From a virus: a DNA stretch of 64,000 nucleotides. The stretch lies in IMG/VR virus record IMGVR_UViG_3300018080_008436, positions 58,998 through 122,997 of that record; one strand, 5' to 3'. The translations under genes were made by a program, and so were the position numbers. Shown here in pieces: positions 1 to 11,159 of the stretch. Each line of letters begins with the position of its first letter. Within the stretch, counting starts at the first letter, position 1. The notes beneath the pieces were generated by a model, which saw only the letters and a program-made list of their open reading frames with translations, searched no databases and was not told the DNA's origin.

Positions 1-873
1 AGTTCTGGATTTAGATCAGTGTCTTTGATGATCTTTTCGCAAGCATCCTTGACTATATACTCAAGAGTTTGAATTCTATCTGATACACAGTTCATCTTTC
101 TTTCAAGAAGTTCTTGAGCCTTTTCTCTAATCAATCGATTTCGATCTGCATGGAACTTCCGTATCAATTCAGAGAATTTAACCTCATGCCCATTAATCTT
201 TAGTTCGATCTCATAGACACCATCTTTAGATTCACTTACTAATTGTTTAAATTCTTCTCTTGAAAGAGTTGTAGTGAGAGTAACCAAAGCCCAATGCTCT
301 GGTGTATCTCTTTTTTCTGCCCTGAAATTGAACAGTTCCATTATTCAAACTCCGCTTTGAGTTTCTCGTATTCCAGACGGCGTTACGATAACCGTTTAAA
401 TTAAACATTACGATGAATATAACATGTTTACTGGCAATGTCAAGTCTTCTTGCCCCATTTTATCCAGTTGATTACATTGAAGGTAAAATAGGTTATTTGA
501 AGGAGCAATAGTCCCCATAGTTGATTGGTAATCGCCACATATGTTAATAGAAAATTCGATATGGAGAAAAGCACAAAACAGGAACGATTCTTCTCTCCTA
601 TCAAATATATGGCGGGAAGTGTTATAAGGAAGGCTGATATATCAACCCAGTTAATCATTGGTCATCCATCTTCTGAAGGATGATCGAGAAGTAGCCTTCG
701 TCTGACACCACTTTTTGATAACTATTGCCACTTGATACAGATACGTTTTTCCAGACAGCAACATGAGTATCTGGGACTGGATACCATCCATCCTTAAGAT
801 GTGTATTGACTTCATTTTGAAATTTCCATGGTTCCTCTTCGTAAATCATTTTGAACTGCATTGTGTTTCTCCA

Positions 874-1467
874 TTAAATGTTGTTAATACGATCTAAGTT
901 ATCCTCAAGGATCTGAATCATTTCATCTTTGTATTCTCTTGCCCTCCTGAGCGCTTCTTCTTTTGTTGGTCCTAAGGCTCCAATAAGGCATTCTTTGGTC
1001 ATGTCTCTCCAATCGGGATACTCAAAAAATGTTGACCAGTTATCGTCTGTATGTTGAACAACCCACTTATTGTCTATCTTCCTGGGAAGCTCTCCATCTA
1101 CAATGAGTGCCTCTGGAATACCAATTCTTGAGAAGTAGGCTTCTGGAGTTATGAAGTTATATGGATAGGCGGGAGGATCTGTTCTAAGATAAACGCAACG
1201 ATAGTCCATGCTAATCAAATCATCGGCAACTTGTTCGCCATTATTTAAGTTAACTAAGACTTCATATCCTGCAACTTCAGGCATCTTTCTGTCCAACTCA
1301 ATGTTAAGAAAGAAAGCGTTTGAATGTTGGTCATTAGTCAAGATATCCACCATTCTTTGAGCGTCTTCTTCGGTTGACCATAATGAATGAGCATAATCAT
1401 TCTGGGTGCTACCCTCAAAAACTAAATAGTATACATGTTGACTTTCGAGTATGATCGTATTGTTCAT
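874..1467 (-). CDS. hypothetical protein
   Basis: 197-aa ORF with no recognisable motif; it is co-oriented and tightly packed with its neighbours. Confidence 0.4.
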   Translation of the reverse strand: MNNTIILESQHVYYLVFEGSTQNDYAHSLWSTEEDAQRMVDILTNDQHSNAFFLNIELDRKMPEVAGYEVLVNLNNGEQVADDLISMDYRCVYLRTDPPAYPYNFITPEAYFSRIGIPEALIVDGELPRKIDNKWVVQHTDDNWSTFFEYPDWRDMTKECLIGALGPTKEEALRRAREYKDEMIQILEDNLDRINNI

Positions 1468-2015
1468 CTCATCCAGTGTTGTCTTCTATTCCTTGGATCA
1501 AGTCTATTATACCATGGTTCTTGAGAGTTTGCTCTTTCTCTGCGTCTAAATTCTCGGTTAAATTCAGGATGAACTCCTTCTGACATCTCACTGATGATGT
1601 ATCTTGGAGTTGAGTCTGTTGGTTTCTTACAAGAGGTCACTCTTCGCTCTTGATGTCTTTCTTGATCTCTTCGTAATCGATCTTGATCCTCCCGCTCCAA
1701 GGCTCTTCCTTCTGCACGAGCTTCTCTTCTAATCTCTGCCATTTTGGTCATATGGTTATAGACCACTTTTAAATTAACACAACGATCATAAGAGAATGAG
1801 ATCAGACGATCATCAACTAATTCTTCATCAAGGATTACCTCTTCACCATAAAGATCTACGATCCCTTTGTACCATCCGTTCAACCAGTTGGAAGCTGTTT
1901 GCCCAGTTTTTTCATCAATGATAACAGTCACAACTCCCATATATGAGTAAGGACCTTCTGTCATCCTTCCCATAGTGCAAACTTCAGGCTTTATGTCTAA
2001 GATCGCAACATTCAT
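1464..2015 (-). CDS. hypothetical protein with Arg/Glu-rich C-terminus
   Basis: 183-aa ORF whose C-terminal third is a charged low-complexity stretch (REARAEGRALEREDQDRLRRDQERHQERR). Confidence 0.4.
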   Translation of the reverse strand: MNVAILDIKPEVCTMGRMTEGPYSYMGVVTVIIDEKTGQTASNWLNGWYKGIVDLYGEEVILDEELVDDRLISFSYDRCVNLKVVYNHMTKMAEIRREARAEGRALEREDQDRLRRDQERHQERRVTSCKKPTDSTPRYIISEMSEGVHPEFNREFRRRERANSQEPWYNRLDPRNRRQHWMR

Positions 2016-2440
2016 CTTCCCAGAAACTTCCTTGTTGCTGAAACACTCATCTTGTTCAGGTTCTTGAGATCAGGCATTTGAATAACAAAACCTTCTTTGT
2101 CTCTCATAGTCTCGATCTCTTTCCAAGCCCCTGCTGAGACAGTATTTGTTTTTGCTGTTGAAAAGGCAAGACCATCACATGTCTTTACAATTCTGACAAA
2201 GAACTTCATAATATAAGCACTGTCTTTGCCTCTTGCCTTCATCTTTTGAACATGCTTTTCAAATTTTGGATGACCAGGATCAATTACTTCAAAACCCATA
2301 TCCTTCAACATTTGGACATGCATCTTGGATCTTTTCGATCCGTAGTGCTTCATGCAGTAAGCGTAATAAACTCTAGGCTTCGCCTTCGTTTTCTTCGACG
2401 TATTCATTTGTTGCCTCTCCCCATCTTTTGTTAAGGTCAT
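2012..2440 (-). CDS. hypothetical protein
   Basis: 142-aa ORF whose start overlaps the stop of the next gene by 4 nt. Confidence 0.4.
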   Translation of the reverse strand: MTLTKDGERQQMNTSKKTKAKPRVYYAYCMKHYGSKRSKMHVQMLKDMGFEVIDPGHPKFEKHVQKMKARGKDSAYIMKFFVRIVKTCDGLAFSTAKTNTVSAGAWKEIETMRDKEGFVIQMPDLKNLNKMSVSATRKFLGR

Positions 2441-2963
2441 GCATCATGTCATAAAATAGATCAAAGAATTTGTTTTTGTCACCAAATTCTTTGTTAATTT
2501 TATGATACTTCTCGGCAATGTCGCACATAAGTTCATCCCTTACCCTTCTGGCGATATTTTGTGCAGTTCCTGAGTCTCCTTTCCCAGGTCTAACCCAAGC
2601 AATATCATGAGTGGATGCTAATGTCATAGCCGAATCTCTTTCCTCGTCACTTCGAAATCCCCCCAACTTAAAAGACCAGACGCAATATCTTGGCTTCTTA
2701 AGCATATGGTGGACTCTGACCTTCATCTCATCATAGCTTTTCTTCTTGAGGTAGTCTTGGGCTTTCTGGTCAGCACCATAGTAGTCTCCGACAACAAAGA
2801 TCGCTCCCTCTTTGATCCCTTGGTCAATCTTAGGTATGTAGTGCTCTGCGAATTCTTCGTCTGTAATATTCCTGTGCCCACTAATGAAATAAACAAGCGT
2901 TGTCAATCCTCGAACTCTTTCCGTTACCATCTTGGCCATGACATCACCTTTCAAATTGTTCAA
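2373..2963 (-). CDS. hypothetical protein, possibly a SLOG/DprA-like Rossmann-fold protein
   Basis: The motif FVVGDYYGADQKAQDYL resembles the GxxxGxDxxA nucleotide-binding loop of DprA/LOG/YpsA-type folds. This is a weak call. Confidence 0.3.
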   Translation of the reverse strand: MNNLKGDVMAKMVTERVRGLTTLVYFISGHRNITDEEFAEHYIPKIDQGIKEGAIFVVGDYYGADQKAQDYLKKKSYDEMKVRVHHMLKKPRYCVWSFKLGGFRSDEERDSAMTLASTHDIAWVRPGKGDSGTAQNIARRVRDELMCDIAEKYHKINKEFGDKNKFFDLFYDMMHDLNKRWGEATNEYVEENEGEA

Positions 2964-3558
2964 TCATCTTTTCAATGGCTTTGATTCGGCTTGGAGCCTC
3001 CCCATTGTAATGAATGACTTGTGGATGCTTAAAGTCCTTGTTCCAAGGTCTCAACGGCATAATTCCCAAACCTCTTGGTCTTTTATCCAACCAACTGAGC
3101 ATGTAGTCAGGATAGTCATCGATCAAAATCCTGCCATACACAAGGCTTTTGTCTTGGGTAATGGTTACTCCTACGTTTGGTGGAAGATGCTTTGCACACC
3201 ACTCTACTTTCTGAGTCCATGCAGTTTTGGTGGTTCTTGGTCCTTTGGTCAAGACATGAATCTCGAACCCAACACCAATTGCAGATTTAACAAGATCAAA
3301 GCCATCTTCAAGTCTTGGCAGGTTTAGCCACCAATCCTTACTGTTTTTGATCATATCAATTCTGTTCTGCAAGTATTCAGGATACTTTGTGTCGTGATTC
3401 ATGTCAAATTCGGGTTCATTGGGGGATCTCAACCTTTCGAGATCTTTCTCCAACTGACCAGTGTAATCAGCGACAGTACCATCCATATCGAGTAGACAGA
3501 TCTTCTCGCCTGTAGTGGATTCGGGGCCATTCGTCCTTTGATCGACTTGTATCATCAC
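2944..3558 (-). CDS. HAD-superfamily 5'(3')-deoxyribonucleotidase-like phosphatase
   Basis: An N-terminal DxDGT motif ([13 protein letters not shown]) on a ~200-aa protein matches the NT5C-type deoxyribonucleotidase family. Confidence 0.6.
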   Translation of the reverse strand: MMIQVDQRTNGPESTTGEKICLLDMDGTVADYTGQLEKDLERLRSPNEPEFDMNHDTKYPEYLQNRIDMIKNSKDWWLNLPRLEDGFDLVKSAIGVGFEIHVLTKGPRTTKTAWTQKVEWCAKHLPPNVGVTITQDKSLVYGRILIDDYPDYMLSWLDKRPRGLGIMPLRPWNKDFKHPQVIHYNGEAPSRIKAIEKMIEQFER

Positions 3559-3770
3559 TTACCTCTATATACAATTCGACCTTTGCTCAGATCATAAGGT
3601 GACATTTCAACTCTGACTTTGTCACCTGTCATGATCTTGATGAAGTTCATTCTCATTTTGCCCGAAATGTGGGCAAGGATCTCATGATCATTGTCAAGTT
3701 TGACTTTGAACATGGTGTTTGGGAGGACTTGCGTAACAACGCCCTCAACTCGAATTGTGTCTTTCGCCAT
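3555..3770 (-). CDS. infA: translation initiation factor IF-1
   Basis: The 71-aa protein [71 protein letters not shown] aligns along its whole length with bacterial IF-1 (S1-like OB fold). Confidence 0.9.
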   Translation of the reverse strand: MAKDTIRVEGVVTQVLPNTMFKVKLDNDHEILAHISGKMRMNFIKIMTGDKVRVEMSPYDLSKGRIVYRGK

Positions 3771-3787
3771 TTCTGGTCTCCTTTTGT

Positions 3788-4081
3788 TTACGTTAAGTCT
3801 GTGTCTTCATGCCAGTCTTCTGGATCTTTGAAGGCAAACTGAAATAGTTCTCGAACATCCCCTTTAATATACTCCTGTTTCTTCTTATCCTCAATATTTG
3901 AGACATACTCTTCAAGACTAGAAGCTACCTCTGAGAGGAATTCCTCAAACTCACTATGATACCCCCAACGATTAAGGGAGCAACGCATGATCTCTGCAAC
4001 CAACTTGTCAGTTTTTAGCTCCACAGAGACTTTAATTTCATTGTCAGAATCTTCGAATTCCAAATCAATAGTTTGCATCAC
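3788..4081 (-). CDS. hypothetical acidic protein
   Basis: 97-aa acidic ORF. Confidence 0.4.
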   Translation of the reverse strand: MMQTIDLEFEDSDNEIKVSVELKTDKLVAEIMRCSLNRWGYHSEFEEFLSEVASSLEEYVSNIEDKKKQEYIKGDVRELFQFAFKDPEDWHEDTDLT

Positions 4082-4961
4082 AAAAACCTATCTTTTGCCA
4101 CAGTTTGTTGTAATCAACATTTGCCGCAACCTTATCCATACCCATGGGATCAGTTCCCCATCCACCATCTCTTCGATAAGGTCTTCCTTCTACCCAACCG
4201 AATATCTCTGGATGGAAATGACTCACTGCCGCCGCTGGATCGTGGAACTTCTTCTCACTATGCTTTGCAAGATACATGTCCATAGCTTCAACAAACAGTT
4301 CTCCTGCTCTGTCTCTGACCTTGAGCGTAGGAGCAACCTGTTCATGAACATCCTGGTTGTAAAGAATCGTATGGCATACGTTCTTGCCGACGAATCTTCT
4401 ATCACCAATAAGCGCATTGACGAATTCAATCGTTCCCTTAACATCACCATTCATATTGAAGGTCGGGACAGTGATTTTATCTCTGAACTTGTCAAGAACG
4501 GGAACCTTGTGCTTCCCATGCAGATTGTATGACAGGAACCCTCCCTGCATAGTTGCCTTGGGGATTGTTGAATTTGAATAAGGGTAATACTCTTTTAGGT
4601 AATTACCCGTACTGATTGGAGGTCCACAGATAAAAAGATGGCAATCAGGGTCTTTATCTCTAGCTTCCTTCATCAATTCTGCACCATCACCATCATGGGT
4701 ATGTTCCAAAGGATATCCGTACTTCTTGAGCATCTTGTAGTGAATGCTTCCTGAAGATCTTTTGTTCCTGTCAAGCTTTCCAACTCCGATAGGAAAGTCT
4801 AAGTCAAGTTGATCTCGAATCAAGTGACAAACAGCAACTTGATCTGCATCTCCAGGTGAGATGTTGACGAGCTTAATGTCTACTCCTGACGAGATAAACC
4901 AAAGCAGAGCAAAAAAATCATCGGGGTCTCTTCCGATATCAGTATCAATTATCATTTTCAT
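4065..4961 (-). CDS. nucleoside hydrolase (inosine-uridine preferring family)
   Basis: The N-terminal motif IIDTDIGRDPDDFFAL matches the IU-nucleoside-hydrolase DxDxGxDDxxA signature. Confidence 0.6.
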   Translation of the reverse strand: MKMIIDTDIGRDPDDFFALLWFISSGVDIKLVNISPGDADQVAVCHLIRDQLDLDFPIGVGKLDRNKRSSGSIHYKMLKKYGYPLEHTHDGDGAELMKEARDKDPDCHLFICGPPISTGNYLKEYYPYSNSTIPKATMQGGFLSYNLHGKHKVPVLDKFRDKITVPTFNMNGDVKGTIEFVNALIGDRRFVGKNVCHTILYNQDVHEQVAPTLKVRDRAGELFVEAMDMYLAKHSEKKFHDPAAAVSHFHPEIFGWVEGRPYRRDGGWGTDPMGMDKVAANVDYNKLWQKIGFCDANY

Positions 4962-5024
4962 TGTATTTCTCCAATTTATATAAACATAGCATGTTGTTTG
5001 GGGATGTCAAGACGTTATTGAAAA

Positions 5025-5330
5025 TTATTCGCTAGGGTCTATCCCAATGACTTTAATACCTTCTGCCTCAAAGCCCATTTTTCTTGCAATAACATCCCTA
5101 TCCTCTTTCTGAAGCACATAGAACTCTGCTGAATCGATCTCACAATCTGGCATGTTAGAAAAACCGAACTTTCTTGGTTCCATATCGTCACCATCAAATA
5201 GTGGTCTGATTATGATATCGTCTCCTCCTGTGTAACCAACAATCTCAAAGATAGGTTCGCATGGAAGATCAACCTCATGGAAGAACGTCCCTATAGGTAA
5301 TTGCATTAATGTTTGTGAATTAACTTTCAT
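5025..5330 (-). CDS. hypothetical protein
   Basis: 101-aa ORF. Confidence 0.35.
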   Translation of the reverse strand: MKVNSQTLMQLPIGTFFHEVDLPCEPIFEIVGYTGGDDIIIRPLFDGDDMEPRKFGFSNMPDCEIDSAEFYVLQKEDRDVIARKMGFEAEGIKVIGIDPSE

Positions 5331-5707
5331 TGTTCCTCTTTAGCCAGCACAGTCACCACAACATTATTCTTGACGACAATTTCGTAAATCTTCCCGCTTT
5401 TGTGAGTCATTGAATAATTCCCATTGGGAATCTGAGCAGGTCTACCTTGCAGGATCTCTTCTTTCATTTGTTCGATGTCAAGACCCATCACTCGTCTCTC
5501 GAATTGTACAATTGCATGATCACTAACATCCAATCTCTTGGACTCATTCAGTTTACGTTGTTCTTCTCTAAGTGCGCTAATCCTCTTTTCAATGTTAAGT
5601 TTTTTTGATTTTGCCTGGGCCAATTCATCTTCTGCATAGATAAGATCGCTCTGCAATTTTTCCGCCATCTTCCTAATCTCTTTCAGACGAATATGTTTTT
5701 GCGCCAT
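5327..5707 (-). CDS. hypothetical coiled-coil protein
   Basis: 126-aa ORF with heptad-like charged repeats. Confidence 0.35.
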   Translation of the reverse strand: MAQKHIRLKEIRKMAEKLQSDLIYAEDELAQAKSKKLNIEKRISALREEQRKLNESKRLDVSDHAIVQFERRVMGLDIEQMKEEILQGRPAQIPNGNYSMTHKSGKIYEIVVKNNVVVTVLAKEEQ

Positions 5708-5708
5708 A

Positions 5709-6215
5709 TCACCATGTCTCCTTTACATCCTTATAGAACACTTTGATGGATTCGATTATTGATTGGAAGAAGATATACATCTTTTCCTTGAACGGCATTG
5801 ACTTAACATGATCTTCAACAGTTCCACTTCCTTCAGGAAGAGCAGAAGGTATTGTTCCTGAAACTTCTGTTGCCTCATCTAACATCTTTCTGTTTAACTC
5901 AGAAGCTTTCTTCAGAACTTTTTTAGGAACTTCAATGTAGAACTGGTGATAAATATTTGCATAAGTAAATCTACTCGAACTGTTTTGATACTTACAATCA
6001 TATCCAGCCTTTCGGATTTCCCTAACAGCTAAGTCTGCAACTTCTTTATTATTTATTTTACTCGATTCGAAATACACAATCAGTTGATTCATGTTGCCTT
6101 CAACGATACCAGCGTTAATATCGTGGGCGAGTTTTTCCAGAACCTGTTGTAGATTCTTTTCATCTTTCTTTGTGATTTCATCGGGACTGGGGCACTTTTT
6201 GATTTTTACAGCCAT
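5709..6215 (-). CDS. hypothetical protein
   Basis: 168-aa ORF. Confidence 0.35.
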   Translation of the reverse strand: MAVKIKKCPSPDEITKKDEKNLQQVLEKLAHDINAGIVEGNMNQLIVYFESSKINNKEVADLAVREIRKAGYDCKYQNSSSRFTYANIYHQFYIEVPKKVLKKASELNRKMLDEATEVSGTIPSALPEGSGTVEDHVKSMPFKEKMYIFFQSIIESIKVFYKDVKETW

Positions 6216-7117
6216 TTCAGTTCCTCTTCCTGAAAATATTTGATTGCCTCTCTTAACCCTTCTTCGAAAGGAGTGAGTTCGAACTTACCTTCTCTGAAAC
6301 GAGAACAAGGTTCGCTGTTTGAGGGTTTTCTATGTTGCCCATCAGGTCTCTCGTTGTCAAAAATTATGTCTCCTGTGAAATCTATGATCTTGGCAATCAT
6401 AAGCGCCACTTCCTTGATGGATATTTCTTTTTCAACAGAAACTATCATAGACTCACAATCATGATCCAATAGATGTAGAGCGTATTGAGCTACGTCCTTT
6501 GAGTAAATAAACTCTCTGAGAGGCGTTCCTGATCCCCAGACAATAAAAGGCTTTCCGTACTTTTTAGCCCTACAGCATTTGCTAATTAATGCAGGTATAA
6601 CATGACACTCATCTAATTGATAGTTATCATGCGGACCATAAATATTACAAGGAATGATTGTAGTGGATTTCAGACCATGCTGTAGCCAATAGGCTTTCAA
6701 CTGAACCATTGCCATTCTCTTTGCATATGCGTAGGGGGCATTGCTCGGATGAGGTGGACCATCAAAAATCTGACCAACATGTAATGGATACTTAACCTTG
6801 TCAGGAAAAATACAGGTTGATGCAAAGTTGATGATCTTCTCAACTTGATACATCTGACAACAATCAATCACATTTGTATTAATTAGAATGTTGTCTCTGT
6901 AAAAGTCTCCACCATATCTCATGTTTGGAGAAATCCCTCCAACCTTGGCGGCACAGTGAATTACATGAGTCGGCTCATAAATCCTGAAGATGGACTCTGC
7001 TTCTTGCAGGTTTCGAAGGTCTCCATGCTGTCTACAGACTTTTATAACGTCTGGATGGTCAATTGCACTACCAACCAGACCTTTACCTCCTGTAATCAAA
7101 ATTCTACGTTCTGGCAT
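6206..7117 (-). CDS. fcl: GDP-L-fucose synthase (GDP-4-keto-6-deoxy-D-mannose epimerase/reductase)
   Basis: The segments RILITGGKGLVGSAI and HCAAKVGGISPNMRYGGDFYRDNILINTNVI match the Fcl/GMER short-chain dehydrogenase family. Confidence 0.8.
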   Translation of the reverse strand: MPERRILITGGKGLVGSAIDHPDVIKVCRQHGDLRNLQEAESIFRIYEPTHVIHCAAKVGGISPNMRYGGDFYRDNILINTNVIDCCQMYQVEKIINFASTCIFPDKVKYPLHVGQIFDGPPHPSNAPYAYAKRMAMVQLKAYWLQHGLKSTTIIPCNIYGPHDNYQLDECHVIPALISKCCRAKKYGKPFIVWGSGTPLREFIYSKDVAQYALHLLDHDCESMIVSVEKEISIKEVALMIAKIIDFTGDIIFDNERPDGQHRKPSNSEPCSRFREGKFELTPFEEGLREAIKYFQEEELKWL

Positions 7118-7835
7118 CGTAGTTCTCCCTTGTTAAATACTTAGTCACATCAATGAGTCTTGGGTTGTATTTATCCCCTCCCCTCGTCAGTTTGCCTTCT
7201 TTATGAATGTACCACCAAAGAGCGTTGATCTCCTTATCTTTCAGATGGATGTTATCAGGGCTTCTGATAATTCTTCCATCTTCAACATCATAAACTATTT
7301 CGTCTTTGAACGGAGGGTTGAGTTTGTTACTCTCAACAATCCATTTGGGAATGATGGTGTTCTCGTCATACTCACTGGCACTATAGTCGCCATATAACTC
7401 TTTGACCAGATGAGCCATTTCTATGATGGCATCTTCGTAGTTGTCCATGTCAACAGTGAGATCATAGTCAGCGATACGTTCCCATTTCAAAGGGTGTTTC
7501 TTACAGTAATAATGAGGACCGCCTTGTATGCGAACCCTGACATAATCTACTTCCCATTCACAGCCATAGTACGCTTTGTAAGGAACCAAGATGTGGTCAT
7601 ACATGTCAGGGCAAGGTTCAAGTCTTTCAATGTGACCTTTTCCCAAGAACTCATCGAACCTCTCATCGCCTCTATAAACATAGGTGATGTCCAACTTAGT
7701 TAGTCCATGAATGCAAACCTCATCAACCTGAACCCTTAAAGAAGCAACGCCACTAAAGAATATTCCCAGAAAGGCTGGGTGGTTGTCAATGAACTTGTAG
7801 GCTCGACAAAACTCTGTCATATGTTCGTCAACCAT
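7104..7835 (-). CDS. hypothetical protein
   Basis: 243-aa ORF. Confidence 0.4.
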   Translation of the reverse strand: MVDEHMTEFCRAYKFIDNHPAFLGIFFSGVASLRVQVDEVCIHGLTKLDITYVYRGDERFDEFLGKGHIERLEPCPDMYDHILVPYKAYYGCEWEVDYVRVRIQGGPHYYCKKHPLKWERIADYDLTVDMDNYEDAIIEMAHLVKELYGDYSASEYDENTIIPKWIVESNKLNPPFKDEIVYDVEDGRIIRSPDNIHLKDKEINALWWYIHKEGKLTRGGDKYNPRLIDVTKYLTRENYDART

Positions 7836-8690
7836 CTTTTACCTCAGTCTGTTACATATGTCAGGTTGAGTGTATCTGCCGCATCTTTGTACATATGAGC
7901 GACGAAATCTTCAATCTTCCCATAATGGTTTCGGATTCTATGATCCTCAAACCAGTGGCCTCTGATTTCATTGATATAAGCGATGTGCTCAACAAATGTT
8001 TTGGTATTGTCCATACTCACAACACGTTTCAAAAGTTCTTTCGAATAAGCCTCTACGTTGACTCCAGTGTTGGCATCATCGTTATAAACACTTGATTCAA
8101 TAATCGTATTGTTCTTATCATCTCTTAAGAAATGAACCATGTTACACCTCGTCTTTCTTTACGATGAAAACCTCATCAGTTACTTTGTAATACATCAAAG
8201 CATCCTGTCGGTAGTGCTTGATGGAGAACTTGACAATCTTTTCCAACTGTCTTTCATTACAGGCGACATGAACAGGAATGATCTTTTCTTCGATCAATCT
8301 GTCCTCGTCATTAACCCACTGACCTTTACCAGGGGCGAAGATGGTTAGCCCTCCTGTAATCTTACGAACGTACTTATCCCACTCTTTATGGTGTTTCGTA
8401 CTGACATGACGATCTCCCATCAGAGTAGGGACTAGTATACACCAGACTTTTAATGAATTACTTCTCATTTTCTTAACCATTCAGCTACAGCTTTTGGGGT
8501 TAGCATACCATCTGATGTTTTCTTCCACTGCCCTCTTGCAAAGGTATCAGGACAATCCAGCCCTAAGATTTTCCAGGCTGGCTCACAACGTCTTTCTCCG
8601 TCCTCAGAGTAAGCGATAACAGAGATCTTACCAACTCTGTAGGCCCATTCCTTTCCATCAACAACAATCTTTCTTCCACGTTTTGATAAA

Positions 8691-9263
8691 TCAATCATTT
8701 TTGATAAACTCCACTAGATCATTAATATTTGTACTGCATTGATCTCTTCGTATCACATAATTGTCAGCTTTCAAAGGGACATTTGTGTTTGGTATACAGT
8801 CCCCTCTTTTAAGAAGTATGGCATCCCTCTTAAATGTCTTGAAACTACATCCAAAAATATAGGTGCAAAAGTCACCATTTACAGCAACCATGCAAAGACA
8901 ATCAGGGACTTTGCCTACCTTTTCCCATAGATCCATCCTCTTCTTCTCAACCAACAAACACTTTGCTCTTGGGGAAGATGCTTTTACATCTATGGCTTTT
9001 TCATTAGCAACGAGGTCTCCGTCATCTCCGATACCCTTGTCATAAATGTCAAAGTCAATGGATGCTTGTATTTGATTGTCACCAAGTACATCATAGATAA
9101 AGATCTCGGCCTTCTTTCCTTTAGCACTATCTTCGAATAATTTCTCAGAAGATCGTTCGGTATTTCTGCCGTCCATGAAATCTCTCTGATCAATGTTACC
9201 AACAATCTTTTTCGCGAACTGATTGGCAATCTCACATTCGAATGGAGTTAATTGTCTGTTCAT
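8691..9263 (-). CDS. hypothetical protein
   Basis: 190-aa ORF. Confidence 0.35.
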   Translation of the reverse strand: MNRQLTPFECEIANQFAKKIVGNIDQRDFMDGRNTERSSEKLFEDSAKGKKAEIFIYDVLGDNQIQASIDFDIYDKGIGDDGDLVANEKAIDVKASSPRAKCLLVEKKRMDLWEKVGKVPDCLCMVAVNGDFCTYIFGCSFKTFKRDAILLKRGDCIPNTNVPLKADNYVIRRDQCSTNINDLVEFIKND

Positions 9264-9868
9264 TTTAGATCCTCTATTGTGAAATCAACTCCAAACTCCA
9301 AAAGCATTCCAAGAACAAAAGCATGCCCCATCTTCATCTTAGGGTTTTTCAGAACATCATAATAAGACTTCCAAATTATTTTGTGGTCATAGCCATCGAA
9401 GTCTCTCAGATACAACTTTTGTCCTTTCCTAAGGCAAGTGCTTTCATACTCCATCTTCAGATAACTAAAAGCCTTAGTCTTCGCGATCTGACGATACAAC
9501 GGGATATAAATCTTCTCTCTGGCCTCTGTATAAGTCAACTGTTCTCCATCCCAGTATGAGTATAGGGGTTTGGCTCCTTTGCCCATAGGGTATCTTACAG
9601 CCTTTGGATTGTCCCATCCCTGTTTCGCCCATTCAAAGTACTCATATGTAGGATTCCCATCATCATCCACATGAAGGGGATAAACCTTTGAGTATTGCCA
9701 AGCATTCTCCATATTTTGAGCGACATAGTCACCATATAGTTCAACAGGACCCAAAAAGAATGGAGATAATCCCCGAGACCATGTTCGAGATCTTGACGTT
9801 GTATCAACCACCCGATCATCTGGGAATGTCTTGTCAGTCTGGCTTATGATTCTAAGATTTACACTCAT
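9260..9868 (-). CDS. hypothetical protein
   Basis: 202-aa ORF. Confidence 0.35.
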   Translation of the reverse strand: MSVNLRIISQTDKTFPDDRVVDTTSRSRTWSRGLSPFFLGPVELYGDYVAQNMENAWQYSKVYPLHVDDDGNPTYEYFEWAKQGWDNPKAVRYPMGKGAKPLYSYWDGEQLTYTEAREKIYIPLYRQIAKTKAFSYLKMEYESTCLRKGQKLYLRDFDGYDHKIIWKSYYDVLKNPKMKMGHAFVLGMLLEFGVDFTIEDLK

Positions 9869-10197
9869 TTTACATACGTAAATTCGAAACTTGCGGTATA
9901 GGATTCACAATAACCTGGCTTGTCGTAGGTGACTTTCCAACCTACTTCTCTGTAGGCATCTTCAACATCGAGCCATCTATGCTTGTAGATATACGATTCT
10001 GCATCTCCACGAGAATAGTTCTGGATCTCTTTTGGTGGATTACCTACAATCAACGAGATGACCTCATCTTGTTTGATGTAAGCTCTCCCGTTTCTGAATT
10101 TCTGAATGATCAAACGATTGAATGCGTCAAACACTTCTTCAGGAATGACATTGACTTTCTGATTGGCCACATCTTCAGGGCGAATGGGTTTTGACAT
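9865..10197 (-). CDS. hypothetical protein (paralogue of 10218..10589)
   Basis: Shares KPI(R/K)P..V...IPE(E/A)VFDAFN(R/H)LI and a C-terminal RWL...GW.V..D..G....Y.ASF.FT block with the adjacent ORF. Confidence 0.45.
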   Translation of the reverse strand: MSKPIRPEDVANQKVNVIPEEVFDAFNRLIIQKFRNGRAYIKQDEVISLIVGNPPKEIQNYSRGDAESYIYKHRWLDVEDAYREVGWKVTYDKPGYCESYTASFEFTYVK

Positions 10198-10217
10198 TGT
10201 GTTTCTCCATTAGGAGT

Positions 10218-10589
10218 TTATCTTTCAATGGGTTTCGTAAATGTGAAACTGGCAGGATATATGTGACTGAATCCTCTATTGTCGAATTCAACGCACCAAC
10301 CAGCATCTGAGTAAATTTCTTCAATGTACAACCACCTTTTTTCAAAGATGATGTTATATGCTTCCTCCAGACTTTCTACGTCCATGAGTTCTTCGGGCTT
10401 ATTCTTAACGATCTCCTTGAGCACTTCAAGTTGAGAGAACCTTGCAATCCCTTCATTACAATATTTGGCTATCAAATGATTGAATGCATCAAATACTGCA
10501 TCGGGGATGATCTCTTTCTTCTTCTCCTTAACTTCACTTGGCTTTATTGGTTTTCCCACTCGATCTTTTCTCCCAAAGGTACAGGGCAT
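10218..10589 (-). CDS. hypothetical protein (paralogue of 9865..10197)
   Basis: Tandem paralogue of the previous ORF; see that entry. Confidence 0.45.
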   Translation of the reverse strand: MPCTFGRKDRVGKPIKPSEVKEKKKEIIPDAVFDAFNHLIAKYCNEGIARFSQLEVLKEIVKNKPEELMDVESLEEAYNIIFEKRWLYIEEIYSDAGWCVEFDNRGFSHIYPASFTFTKPIER

Positions 10590-10905
10590 ATCTTCCTGTT
10601 ACAAAACAAAGGATGGCGAGAAAGACAGAAGCTACTGCAAGGATGCAGGCCATCTGAATACTACCACAAATCCAGACAAAACCCAAGACACTCATTGAAA
10701 AAAGAAAAAGAAATGTCACAACTCGGACAAATTCTTTTACGCTTTCTGCGCTCTTGTTGACTTCTGGTTCGGTTTTCTCTTCGTATTTAGGTGGTGTCCA
10801 ACCAATCTCATCATCCAGCCTTTCGTAGGCTTTCTTCAAGTCTTTTTTGTTAACTTCCTGCATTGTCATCCTCTGGATCTTTGAAACAGCCCAACTCAAT
10901 ATCAA
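10534..10905 (-). CDS. hypothetical membrane protein
   Basis: Contains two hydrophobic helices (VVTFLFLFSMSVLGFVWICGSI..ACILAVASVFLAILCFV). Confidence 0.35.
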   Translation of the reverse strand: MILSWAVSKIQRMTMQEVNKKDLKKAYERLDDEIGWTPPKYEEKTEPEVNKSAESVKEFVRVVTFLFLFSMSVLGFVWICGSIQMACILAVASVFLAILCFVTGRYALYLWEKRSSGKTNKAK

Positions 10906-11159
10906 TGTCCAATGCGTTCAGAACTGACTGATACACCTTAAGACGATTGAGGATGTCGTCAAGATGTTCAAGGTTCTCGAACTGAGGATCTTTGAGTGAC
11001 TTCATTGCTGAAGCTTTCTTTGATTCAAGCCATTTCTTGATAATTTCAGCGTCTTTCATAGTCATGGTCGGTTCTCCGATAATAACATTACTAATGTTAA
11101 AATAACCGATATATCAAGATTGTCAAACTGAACTGCAAGATTTTAATTCAGGACCCCAA

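Noticed and set aside
2246-4581. Numerous plus-strand ORFs of 60-180 aa overlapping the minus-strand genes (for example 2246..2434, 2706..2984, 2932..3327, 3987..4532).
   Set aside because: They lie antisense to well-supported genes (IF-1, nucleoside hydrolase, HAD phosphatase) and are low-complexity or hydrophobic translations. They are spurious shadow ORFs. The same reasoning applies to most other plus-strand ORFs in the track, except 34288..34752 and 38613..39158.
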